This document shows positions 18,484 to 26,791 of a stretch of DNA of 64,000 nt, piece after piece (within the stretch, counting starts at the first letter, position 1; each line of letters begins with the position of its first letter). Origin of the DNA: Dehalococcoidales bacterium. Its GTDB lineage: Bacteria > Chloroflexota > Dehalococcoidia > Dehalococcoidales > UBA2162. The notes beneath the pieces were generated by a model. The model was not told where the DNA came from, did not search any database, and worked only from the letters and a program-made list of their open reading frames with translations. Location: assembly GCA_034416335.1 (NCBI GenBank), contig DAOULV010000019.1, forward strand, positions 7,765 through 71,764, given 5' to 3'. A program made the position numbers and the translations under genes.

Positions 18484-19413
18484 GTGAATGTGGATCTTTC
18501 CGTCCGGATAGCGCCGAACAATCCCCGGGGACTTATCCTGAAAAACCCTGTAATGACTGCTTCGGGGACCTTCGGCTATGGCACCGAGAACAGCCACCTC
18601 TTCGACATTCAGAAGCTGGGAGCGATAGTCTGTAAGGGGACATTTCTCGAATCCAGAAATGGCAATCCGCAACCGAGAATCACCGAGACGCCTTCCGGTA
18701 TGCTCAACGCCATCGGGATGGAAGGCATAGGAGTCGAAGCCCTGATAAAGGAGAAAGCTCCAGTATGGTCCGGCTGGGACGTTCCTGTCATCGTAAACAT
18801 CGCCGGTGAAACCGTGGAAGAGTACTCTGAAATTGCCACGCGACTGGATAAAGTCGATGGTGTCAGCGGAATCGAAGTCAATATTAGCTGTCCCAATATT
18901 CAGGCCGGCGGCGCAGAATTCGGCATCAGTCCCGATATGGCCGCAGCCGTTATCGCGGCCGTGAGAAAAGCCACCTCTCTTCCCGTCCTGGTAAAACTCA
19001 CTCCCAACACGTCCGAAATAACAGCCGTCGCCGAAGCCGCTGCCGGAGAAGGAGCCGACGCCCTGACGCTGATTAATACGCTCAAGGGGATGGCGATAGA
19101 TATATACTCGCGTAAGCCTGTCCTCGGCAACGTAACCGGCGGACTGTCCGGTCCGGCGATAAAGCCGGTGGCCCTCTACATGGTCTATGAAACCTCACGG
19201 GTTGTCGACATACCGGTTATCGGCTGCGGGGGAATATCGAATGCTGCCGACGCGCTGGAATTCATCATGGCGGGAGCCACCGCCGTCCAGGTCGGTACGG
19301 CCGGTTTCAGTAACCCCCTGTCCCCGCTGGAAATCCTCGAAAGTATCGAGGATTTCATGACGAAAAAACAGATAAACAGTATCGACGAAATTACCGGTGC
19401 TGCAAGGCAGTAA
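18484..19413 (+). CDS. pyrD: Dihydroorotate dehydrogenase, class 1B catalytic subunit
   Basis: 309 aa. Motifs are LKNPVMTASGTFG, NISCPN and GGISNAADALEF. The true start may be the GTG at 18490. No pyrK gene is adjacent. Confidence 0.9.
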   Translation: MNVDLSVRIAPNNPRGLILKNPVMTASGTFGYGTENSHLFDIQKLGAIVCKGTFLESRNGNPQPRITETPSGMLNAIGMEGIGVEALIKEKAPVWSGWDVPVIVNIAGETVEEYSEIATRLDKVDGVSGIEVNISCPNIQAGGAEFGISPDMAAAVIAAVRKATSLPVLVKLTPNTSEITAVAEAAAGEGADALTLINTLKGMAIDIYSRKPVLGNVTGGLSGPAIKPVALYMVYETSRVVDIPVIGCGGISNAADALEFIMAGATAVQVGTAGFSNPLSPLEILESIEDFMTKKQINSIDEITGAARQ

Positions 19414-19421
19414 CCCACTCA

Positions 19422-19458
19422 GTCATTGCGAGTCCGCCGCAGGCGGATGAAGCAATCC
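19422..19458 (+). repeat. R1 half-unit (GTCATTGCGAG-hairpin-GAAGCAATCC)
   Basis: The sequence is gtcattgcgagtccgccgcaggcggatgaagcaatcc. Confidence 0.65.
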
Positions 19459-19529
19459 GTATTCTGCCTGCTCTCCGAAGCTTTAGCACAGGAGGGTCGG
19501 TGCCCCTTTTTGTCATCTCGTGCTCCTTT

Positions 19530-19559
19530 CTGTCATCCCGTGCTTGACACGGGATCCAG
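19530..19559 (+). repeat. Short hairpin repeat (family R4)
   Basis: The sequence is ctgtcatcccgtgcttgacacgggatccag, with a perfect 8-bp stem. Confidence 0.6.
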
Positions 19560-19661
19560 TAAACTCACGACAAGCAGGATTTTCCTGTCTGAGCAGAAGT
19601 TTATAACATCGCATTAAACTCTGGATACCGACTTCCGCCGGTATGGTATACAAATTGGAAT

Positions 19662-19707
19662 GTCATTGCGAGGAGTCCCGATGAAATCGGGGCGACGTGG
19701 TAATCTC
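19662..19707 (+). repeat. R1 half-unit (GTCATTGCGAG-GA-hairpin-CGTGGTAATCTC)
   Basis: The sequence is gtcattgcgaggagtcccgatgaaatcggggcgacgtggtaatctc. Confidence 0.65.
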
Positions 19708-19774
19708 CATTAATCATCAACATTTACTCTACGCTATTGACTAACCGCCAGTTAAAGGCTACAATCCTGTTCAA

Positions 19775-21385
19775 ATGGACACAAATGTACTATATTACGG
19801 CGATAACCTCGATATACTCAGGAATCACATTCCCGACGAGTCAGTTGACCTGATTTACCTCGACCCTCCCTTCAACAGCAACGCTACCTACAACGTGCTT
19901 TTCAAGGAACCCGGCGGCGAGTCGTCGGAAGCCCAGATATCCGCTTTCGAGGACACCTGGCACTGGGGGCTTGAATCCGAACGCGCCCTCCAGGAGATAG
20001 GCCAGTCCGAAATCACTTCCGCCGAGGTCAAGGAATTTATGTCGGTCCTGCCGAAACTGGTCGGCAAACGTACCGATATGGCCGCTTACCTGACGATGAT
20101 GTGCGTCCGCCTGCTGGAATTACGCAGAGTGCTGAAAGACGCCGGCTCTATCTACCTGCACTGCGATCCAACTGCAAGTCACTACCTCAAACTGCTGATG
20201 GATACTATTTTCGGTGTGAAGAATTTTAGAAACGAGATAACCTGGCGGAGAACTAACGCTAAAGGACTAGCTTTCACAAGACTATCATCAAACCACGACA
20301 CGATTTTATGCTATACCAAATCCGATAATTGGATTTGGAACCCACAATACAAGGAACATAATGTAGAATATGTTCAAAAATTTTATCGTTTTATTGAATC
20401 TGATACGGGGCGTAGGTATCAATTAGCTGACTTAACAAACCCTAATAGAAACCGTCCAAACTTAACGTACGAATTCTTAGGGGTTACTCGTGTATGGCGA
20501 TGGACAAAAGAAAGAATGCAAGAAGCGTATGAAAAAGGTCTCGTTGTTCAAAACAAACCCGGATCTGTTCCTCGTTTAAAACGTTACCTTGACGAGCAAG
20601 AAGGATCACCTCTTGATGATTTATGGGAAGATATACCACCAATTCAATCACAAGCACAAGAACGCCTCGGATACCCTACCCAGAAACCGGAAGCGTTGCT
20701 TGAGCGTATCATCAACGCCAGTTCAAATGAGGGTGATGTTGTACTCGATCCCTTCTGCGGCTGCGGTACGGCGATAGTCGCCGCCCAGAAGCTAAACCGG
20801 AAGTGGATTGGAATAGACGTCACCTATCTTGCTATAGGCTTAATGGAATGGCGGCTGAAAAATCTTACTCCGCCGCCTAAGTACGAGGTAATCGGAGAAC
20901 CGGTCGACCTTACCGGCGCTCGTGCCCTGGCTGAAAAGGACAAGTACCAGTTCCAGTGGTGGGCAGTTACTCGCACCGGAGGTCAGCCCTACGGCGAGAA
21001 GAAGAAAGGCGCTGACACCGGCATAGACGGCTATATATACTACATGGATGAAAAGAACAAGATAAAGAAAGCCATCGTCTCGGTAAAAGGCGGTAAGACA
21101 GTGGGAGTAAGCATGATACGCGATTTGGGGCATGTTATTGAACGTGAAAAATCAGATATTGGAGTGTTTATCACGCTTGAACATCCGACTAAACCAATGG
21201 AGGAAGAAGCTGCGAAGAAAGGATTCTATCACTCACCATTGGGAAAGGACTATCCCCGCCTGCAGATACTGACTATAGAAGAAATACTACACGGGAAAAC
21301 GCCCGATATTCCGCCCTGGATCGCCCCTATCACAGCTCCATCCTCAAATAAAAAACGTAAAATGGACTCACCCAGACTGTTATAG
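19775..21385 (+). CDS. Beta-class N6A/N4C DNA methyltransferase fused to a C-terminal Mrr-cat (PD-(D/E)xK) restriction-endonuclease-like domain
   Basis: 536 aa. Motif IV is LIYLDPPFNSN near the N-terminus, and motif I is VLDPFCGCGTA later. The C-terminus reads GADTGIDGYIY..AIVSVKGG..DIGVFITL. Confidence 0.85.
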   Translation: MDTNVLYYGDNLDILRNHIPDESVDLIYLDPPFNSNATYNVLFKEPGGESSEAQISAFEDTWHWGLESERALQEIGQSEITSAEVKEFMSVLPKLVGKRTDMAAYLTMMCVRLLELRRVLKDAGSIYLHCDPTASHYLKLLMDTIFGVKNFRNEITWRRTNAKGLAFTRLSSNHDTILCYTKSDNWIWNPQYKEHNVEYVQKFYRFIESDTGRRYQLADLTNPNRNRPNLTYEFLGVTRVWRWTKERMQEAYEKGLVVQNKPGSVPRLKRYLDEQEGSPLDDLWEDIPPIQSQAQERLGYPTQKPEALLERIINASSNEGDVVLDPFCGCGTAIVAAQKLNRKWIGIDVTYLAIGLMEWRLKNLTPPPKYEVIGEPVDLTGARALAEKDKYQFQWWAVTRTGGQPYGEKKKGADTGIDGYIYYMDEKNKIKKAIVSVKGGKTVGVSMIRDLGHVIEREKSDIGVFITLEHPTKPMEEEAAKKGFYHSPLGKDYPRLQILTIEEILHGKTPDIPPWIAPITAPSSNKKRKMDSPRLL

Positions 21386-21390
21386 AATAC

Positions 21391-22053
21391 CTATTTCCCA
21401 GAACTTTCTTTATTATCACCCTTTTCTTTCTCATTCACCAGACCCGACGTCTGTAGCGGCACTCTGCCGGCTGATACGACAACCCTTATCGCTTCATCCA
21501 CGCTGATATTCGTCTTAATCAGTTCTTTTTCCCTGACTATTTCCATAAACCCCGACGTAGGATTGGGTGATGTCGGAATGAAAACGGTATAAATCTTCTC
21601 TTCCGATTCGTCACGCAGCTCGTTGGTGATGAAGCCGATCGAATGTATGCCTTTCCTGGGATACTCAACGAACACAACCTGCATGAAACCGGTCTGACGG
21701 GGCTCCGAAAAACTCTGGATAATCTGCCTGATACCTCTGTACAACTGCCCGAACAGAGGCAGCCTGTCAAGCAGACTCTCAATCCCCGAGATTATTCTCC
21801 GCCCCAGGATACTGCTGGCAATGATACCGGCGATATAGGCAAGTACTATAACGATAGCAAATCCTATCCCCGGGAACCTTATACCCCAGGTCGACCGGAT
21901 TATTGGTTGCAGGATGTTGTCAATACTGTTAAAAGCCCAGACCAATATCAATACAGTTGCGATTAAAGGTACCAGCACCAGAATACCCAGTAATAATTTG
22001 TTCCTCAGGTGTCTGATGGTGGCAAAAACCGGTGATAATAAATTGCGGCCCAT
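21391..22053 (-). CDS. DUF502 domain-containing membrane protein
   Basis: 220 aa with 2 N-terminal TM segments. It has the FIPTSPNPTSGF motif typical of DUF502. Confidence 0.8.
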   Translation of the reverse strand: MGRNLLSPVFATIRHLRNKLLLGILVLVPLIATVLILVWAFNSIDNILQPIIRSTWGIRFPGIGFAIVIVLAYIAGIIASSILGRRIISGIESLLDRLPLFGQLYRGIRQIIQSFSEPRQTGFMQVVFVEYPRKGIHSIGFITNELRDESEEKIYTVFIPTSPNPTSGFMEIVREKELIKTNISVDEAIRVVVSAGRVPLQTSGLVNEKEKGDNKESSGK

Positions 22054-22210
22054 TTTCCTGCTCCCCCTAGTGGAGATGTAATTTATATATCTTTGTATAG
22101 ATATGTTACACTAAAAACAGCAACAATTCCCACTCGAACAGCCACTGCTCTCCCGATAACATAAAAGAAAATCTTTTCTCAACCGGGGAATAAGGGGAAT
22201 TTATCTGGTC

Positions 22211-22915
22211 GTGTTTAGTCTGCTTAAAGAGGATATTCGGACTATCTTCGCCAAAGACCCGGCGGCAAGAAGTGTGCTTGAGGTCATTTTCTGTTATCCC
22301 GGCCTGCACGCTCTCAGGTTTCACCGCGCGTCCCACTTTCTCTGGAATCACCGGATGAAGTTTCTTGCCCGACTTTTATCGCATATCGCACGTTTCCTTA
22401 CGGCGATTGAAATCCATCCCGGTGCAATAATCGGCAGGCGCTTTTTTATCGACCACGGAGCCGGAGTAGTCATCGGCGAAACCGCAGAAGTGGGAAACGA
22501 CGTGCTGATGTACCAGAGTGTCGTTCTCGGGGGTACCTCGCTTAAAAAGGGGAAACGCCACCCGACGATAGGCAATAATGTGGTAATCGGTACCGGAGCT
22601 GTTATACTCGGTGCCATAACCGTTGGTGACAATGCCCGGATAGGAGCGGGGTCGGTAGTGGTTAAATCCGTCCCTCCCGATTCAACGGTGGTAGGCATAC
22701 CTGGAAGGGTAGTAGAGGATAAACACGAGCAGATAATAGACCTTGAACACGGGAAACTCCCCGACCCTATTGCCGAAGCGATAAGGGCAGTCCTCAGACA
22801 GCAGGAAAAACTTTCGGCACGACTTAACAAATTGGAAGGCTCGGTGACCGATTCCTACGTCACCGAAATAGAGGAAGAAATAAGCGAACTATCCAGGGAC
22901 TTCGACGGCGGATAG
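22211..22915 (+). CDS. cysE: Serine O-acetyltransferase
   Basis: 234 aa. It has the N-terminal KDPAARS..CYPGLHA SATase helix domain followed by hexapeptide repeats ([16 protein letters not shown]). It starts at GTG. Confidence 0.9.
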   Translation: MFSLLKEDIRTIFAKDPAARSVLEVIFCYPGLHALRFHRASHFLWNHRMKFLARLLSHIARFLTAIEIHPGAIIGRRFFIDHGAGVVIGETAEVGNDVLMYQSVVLGGTSLKKGKRHPTIGNNVVIGTGAVILGAITVGDNARIGAGSVVVKSVPPDSTVVGIPGRVVEDKHEQIIDLEHGKLPDPIAEAIRAVLRQQEKLSARLNKLEGSVTDSYVTEIEEEISELSRDFDGG

Positions 22916-22936
22916 TCCGCTTATATTACCTGTTAT

Positions 22937-24631
22937 TTAATTAACCAGTACCAGTGTCAGAGGTGACCCTTCCCCGGGTGTCTCAGGCATATACAGCAGC
23001 CCGTCCGAAGCCGCCCTGATAAAGGCGTAAATTCCGTAATACCACAGGTCGAGATACGTTAAAAAGTCCACATATCCCCGGTTAATCTTCGGCATATTCT
23101 CAATGTGCATCCCGGAAATAACACCGGCCAGTTCATCTATCCCGGAAGAGATACCTTCGAGCAGCGGTCTGAAGACTTCATCCTGAAGCTTCATCAACTG
23201 TTTCTCCTTAAAGATAAGAAACTGTGGTTTGTATACTCCGTTTTCTTTCGACACAAATTTCTTTTGAACGGCGACTGTCAGCATCTCCTTTTCGTCCTCG
23301 GTCAGCCTGTCGATATCGAATCCAGGATCGGTGAGTCCGCAATACAGCCTGTGCCAGGCTTTCCTAACGTATGTGCTGCCGTTGATGATATCGGGATGAT
23401 ATTCCTGTGCCGTGAAGTTGTAAAGTCCCAGCCAGTAGTAGGAATCGTATTCGCCTTCCCCGGCACAGCTGCCGGATACTATACCGTAAAAGTCCTTCCA
23501 CTCTTTCGGCCTGAAATACCCGTCGGGGTCTACATCCTGACCGTCGGAAAGATCGTTACCGATAACGTAGTATTTTCCTCCGTCGGGGCGAATTTCCCGG
23601 CTATCGCGTTTCTTCAACCGTACCGCCATCTCGCTATTCCGGCTGAAATAGCTTAGGAAGAGCATCATTACCGGCCATAACAGCCTGTCCGTTGAGAAAT
23701 CAGAACCATAGAAGCCAATACTCCGAATCTCACTCTCCTTTTCACACAGTCCCTTAATCACCCTCTCTATCAGTTCTATCCCCTTCCCGTCAGTGTACAG
23801 CTCGCCGATTTTCTGCCGGTGTTTCAGCCCTATCACCGGGATAATTGTGGCATATTTCTTCGCTTCGCGTGCAAGAAACTCTCGCTTCGTCAGCCATTCG
23901 AGTTCCGATTCAAGGTATGGTTTCGGTATACCTGTGAGTTCAGCCAGTTCGTCGATGTTCCTGGGTGCCGTGTTACACAGCAGCAGGATATTCTGCCTGA
24001 TAAGGTTATCGTTTATTCTGGCTGTATCGGGCTCCTCGGGGGGCAGCCCCGAAATTCCGAGTACCAGTCTGCCCGGTCTGTAGACGTATGAAGTATCCGT
24101 TTTCATTTCATCCAGCTCCCTTTTCAGTCGATTCCGAGCTTCGAACAGGTGTTTCTTAACGGCGCTTTCCGTTATTGCCAGTTTTTCGGCGACTTGCCTG
24201 ACAGATAATCCGTCCAGGTAATGGAGGATCATTGCTTCTCTCCGGGTTTTACTCAGGTCGCCGATTCGCCTCCTCATCCGGGAAATTTCGGACTGCAGAA
24301 AGTCGTTTTCAGCCAGTTCGTCGATAACGCTGCGGTTGGCGGCCAGATTCTCATCCAGAGGTATAAGCTCATTTACCTGTTTGAGTTTTCTCAGGTAGTT
24401 GCACCAGCAATGATGGGCTACTTTCCAGATAAAGTTGTCCGTCTTCCGGATCTCGTTTCCCTTCGAAAGGTAAACAAAAACCTGTAGAAGCACTTCCTGG
24501 GCAAGGTCTTCGCCGTCCTGGCGGCTGCCCGTTTTCTTCACCGCCCACCTGAGAAGTATGCCGGCGTACTTCTCTGTCAGTGAGTTATAGATATCCGTAC
24601 CATCCGCCTGTTTCACCTGTTCGACCCTCAT
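22937..24631 (-). CDS. Sigma-70 family (ECF-like) RNA polymerase sigma factor with a C-terminal extension of about 380 aa
   Basis: 564 aa. Region 2 is EDLAQEVLLQVF and region 4 is the HTH LSVRQVAEKLAITESAVKKHLFEARNRL. A long uncharacterised domain follows. Confidence 0.75.
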   Translation of the reverse strand: MRVEQVKQADGTDIYNSLTEKYAGILLRWAVKKTGSRQDGEDLAQEVLLQVFVYLSKGNEIRKTDNFIWKVAHHCWCNYLRKLKQVNELIPLDENLAANRSVIDELAENDFLQSEISRMRRRIGDLSKTRREAMILHYLDGLSVRQVAEKLAITESAVKKHLFEARNRLKRELDEMKTDTSYVYRPGRLVLGISGLPPEEPDTARINDNLIRQNILLLCNTAPRNIDELAELTGIPKPYLESELEWLTKREFLAREAKKYATIIPVIGLKHRQKIGELYTDGKGIELIERVIKGLCEKESEIRSIGFYGSDFSTDRLLWPVMMLFLSYFSRNSEMAVRLKKRDSREIRPDGGKYYVIGNDLSDGQDVDPDGYFRPKEWKDFYGIVSGSCAGEGEYDSYYWLGLYNFTAQEYHPDIINGSTYVRKAWHRLYCGLTDPGFDIDRLTEDEKEMLTVAVQKKFVSKENGVYKPQFLIFKEKQLMKLQDEVFRPLLEGISSGIDELAGVISGMHIENMPKINRGYVDFLTYLDLWYYGIYAFIRAASDGLLYMPETPGEGSPLTLVLVN

Positions 24632-24661
24632 AACCTGATAGTAACGGGAGTTTCCATTCGG

Positions 24662-24877
24662 TTACTTTTTCGGCTGTTCGTATTGAAAAACTTCCTCGAG
24701 AGGTACACCGAACGCTCCGGCGATTTTGAAAGCCAGCTCAATAGACGGCACATATTTCCCCTGTTCCAGAGCGATGATGGTCTGCCTGGTGCAGCCGGCA
24801 CGGTTCGCCAGTTCCTCCTGGGTCATCTCATCGTTATCGAAACGAAGCCGCCTGATGCGATTTTTTACGCTAGCCAT
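24662..24877 (-). CDS. XRE family helix-turn-helix transcriptional regulator
   Basis: 71 aa. The sequence MTQEELANRAGCTRQTIIALEQGKYVPSIELAFKIA is a canonical HTH_3. Confidence 0.9.
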   Translation of the reverse strand: MASVKNRIRRLRFDNDEMTQEELANRAGCTRQTIIALEQGKYVPSIELAFKIAGAFGVPLEEVFQYEQPKK

Positions 24878-25340
24878 TGCGGTTCATACTCCAGTATCCC
24901 AGAATAATACCGAGAGACTGTGCAAGAGGACTGATTATCAATATAGACATGAAAATCAGGTTCAGGTATTCGACCGGAATCTGACCCTGGCCCTGATTGG
25001 CTTCTGTCAATCCGATAGTCCAGGCAGCCAGCGAAAATATCACGATAAGCCACTGGATGTTTCTCGACCTTTCAATTATTAGTTTATCTCTCTCGTCTAT
25101 CTGGGTCGGCTTTCTGAGAGAGATGTTGACCAGGATTAGATATATGAGTGGAGCGCCCACAACCGCTGCGTACATAATCATTCTGGAACCAAGGCTATCA
25201 TAAAACGCGGTTACGTCTCCCTGAATCAGCAGAACAATGACGACAGCCGCCGCCAGCGCTATCCCCACAGCCAGGCTGTACAACGCTCTTTTCTGTAATG
25301 GTGCCATTTCCCCACCTCCATAGTAATCAGTAACAGACAT
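24870..25340 (-). CDS. Four-TM membrane protein (DUF2178-like) co-transcribed with the XRE regulator
   Basis: 156 aa with 4 predicted TM helices. It overlaps the XRE gene by 8 nt. The DUF assignment is from memory of this common pairing. Confidence 0.55.
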   Translation of the reverse strand: MSVTDYYGGGEMAPLQKRALYSLAVGIALAAAVVIVLLIQGDVTAFYDSLGSRMIMYAAVVGAPLIYLILVNISLRKPTQIDERDKLIIERSRNIQWLIVIFSLAAWTIGLTEANQGQGQIPVEYLNLIFMSILIISPLAQSLGIILGYWSMNRNG

Positions 25341-25399
25341 ATTGTATGATATTTTTTACCTAATGTCAAGTACTCTTTACATTAGTTCTGTTTGCATAC

Positions 25400-25520
25400 G
25401 GTTGGTCTTGTTGTCATTGCGAGTCATCGACGTAGTCGAGACGAAGCAATCCCCAGATTCGATTATAGAGATTGCCACGTCTCCCGATTCACTTCGTTTA
25501 TTCGGGATCCTCGCAATGAC
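25400..25520 (+). repeat. Full R1 element with conserved 13-nt flank
   Basis: GGTTGGTCTTGTT, then GTCATTGCGAG, hairpin, CGAAGCAATCC, CCAGATTCGATTATAGAGATTGCCACG, hairpin, CTCGCAATGAC. Confidence 0.8.
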
Positions 25521-25568
25521 GGAGGAGGAACGTATAGCCAGGGACTTTGCCTCTCTCTCAAACTCTTT

Positions 25569-25633
25569 CCCCATCAAACAATCGAAACATTTCTGCTGAA
25601 TACGGCAACTGTTTGAGGGGGATAAAGGGGGTG
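25569..25633 (-). repeat. 65-bp hairpin repeat (family R3), copy 2, inverted relative to 7665..7729
   Basis: 60/65 identical to the reverse complement of 7665..7729 by hand alignment. Confidence 0.7.
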
Positions 25634-25676
25634 AGAATCTTACGTACCTGTTTCATAACAAATTATATAAAACCTC

Positions 25677-25706
25677 TTGACAATAGAACATAAGTTCTAT
25701 TATAAT
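25677..25706 (+). promoter_or_regulatory. Near-consensus promoter TTGACA-18-TATAAT whose spacer is a perfect palindrome (candidate operator)
   Basis: TTGACA is at 25677..25682 and TATAAT at 25701..25706. The spacer is ATAGAAC-ATAA-GTTCTAT at 25683..25700. Confidence 0.55.
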
Positions 25707-25945
25707 CGTATCACTGTCTTTTTTTGAGGCTCAAGATTGAAAATACTCCATATCCTGATGCTACATTTCCCGCTGAGACGCGAGACGGCGAGAACGCCGG
25801 AACTGGTAGAAGTGGATGAAGCCTCCTCCTTCAGCCTGCCGTTCGCGGTATGGACACCGCGGCGGCAGGCTGTTGTAAACATCGAAGACAGTGGAGGATA
25901 GATGACGAGTGGTGGCGACAAACATCCTAGAACAAAGGAGTAAGA

Positions 25946-26233
25946 ATGATGAGCGAAGTGATAATCGATACGAGGTGCGGTCTCAGCTGTGCTGTCTGCA
26001 CCTACAGGGAGAGCACGGGATGCGGCGGCTGCATCGCAACGAACGGACATCCGTTTCACGGTGAATGCCGGCTGGCCATATGCTGCCAGGATAAAGGTCA
26101 CCTTCACTGCGGTGAATGTCCTGATTTTCCCTGCCAGCTTTTGAAGGACTTCTCCTCGGACCCGGAGCATGGGGATAATCCACCCGGGGCGAGGATTGAG
26201 CAATGCCGGATATGGGCGGAACGGGGGAAATAG
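25946..26233 (+). CDS. DUF3795-like Cys-rich small protein
   Basis: 95 aa. The Cys pattern is CGLSCAVC..CGGC..CRLAICC..CGECPDFPC. The RBS is AAAGGAG. Confidence 0.7.
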   Translation: MMSEVIIDTRCGLSCAVCTYRESTGCGGCIATNGHPFHGECRLAICCQDKGHLHCGECPDFPCQLLKDFSSDPEHGDNPPGARIEQCRIWAERGK

Positions 26234-26268
26234 AACGTCATTTACTGACGAGTAGCCTTTGCGTACCT

Positions 26269-26363
26269 GTCATTGCGAGTCACGATGAAATCGGGACGTA
26301 GCAATCCATACAAATCTTAGAGATTACCACGCATCCCGACGTAATCGGGATACTCGTAATGAC
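26269..26363 (+). repeat. Full R1 element
   Basis: GTCATTGCGAG..GTAGCAATCC..TTAGAGATTACCACG..CTCGTAATGAC. Confidence 0.8.
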
Positions 26364-26418
26364 AGAAGATGACTATTAAGCTGAAAACCTGTCCCGCCCG
26401 AAAAATAATACTAAGGGT

Positions 26419-26769
26419 CTATTTTGCCGTCTGTACCGCCTGCCTGATCCTTTCCGCCCACTCCTTATTTCTGTCCGTTGTCAGTACTATCCGGCTGTAA
26501 TTCCACCCTTCCGTATCCAGTACAAGATAAGGTTTTCCAATAGTAGTCGACCAGAACTCCCTTCCGCTGCTGACGAGGAATGTCCCCATTTTCACCAGGA
26601 AAGGAATATGTATACCGGGAGCGCGGGCTCCCCATTTCCAGCCCGGTTTATCCGTCGAAACGTCTGAAATCCGTTCCAGCGGAATATTCAATGAACCGCG
26701 GAAAGAAAGTATCGTCTCCAGAAGATTCAATTTTACAGTCAATACTTCGTTATCTATATCTAATTTCAC
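26419..26769 (-). CDS. Hypothetical protein (possibly bacterial PH-domain-like)
   Basis: 116-aa ORF with backbone-like composition and no motif I can name. It lies directly upstream of the hydrolase gene on the same strand. Confidence 0.45.
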   Translation of the reverse strand: MKLDIDNEVLTVKLNLLETILSFRGSLNIPLERISDVSTDKPGWKWGARAPGIHIPFLVKMGTFLVSSGREFWSTTIGKPYLVLDTEGWNYSRIVLTTDRNKEWAERIRQAVQTAK

Positions 26770-26791
26770 ACAGGCACTCCTCTCATTACGG

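Noticed and set aside
19426-19617. Small ORFs inside the repeat clusters: 19426..19617, 25342..25599, 25377..25577, 45994..46194, 53004..53261 and 63718..63957.
   Set aside because: They are translated from the R1, R3 and R4 palindromic repeats, giving recurrent pseudo-peptides such as ..SLRVIDVVETKQSP... They have no RBS, and different frames and strands are open in different copies.
25700-26203. 167-aa minus-strand ORF spanning the DUF3795 leader and gene.
   Set aside because: It is antisense to a Cys-patterned ORF that has a good RBS. It has an Ala/Arg/Pro-rich low-information sequence and no start context.
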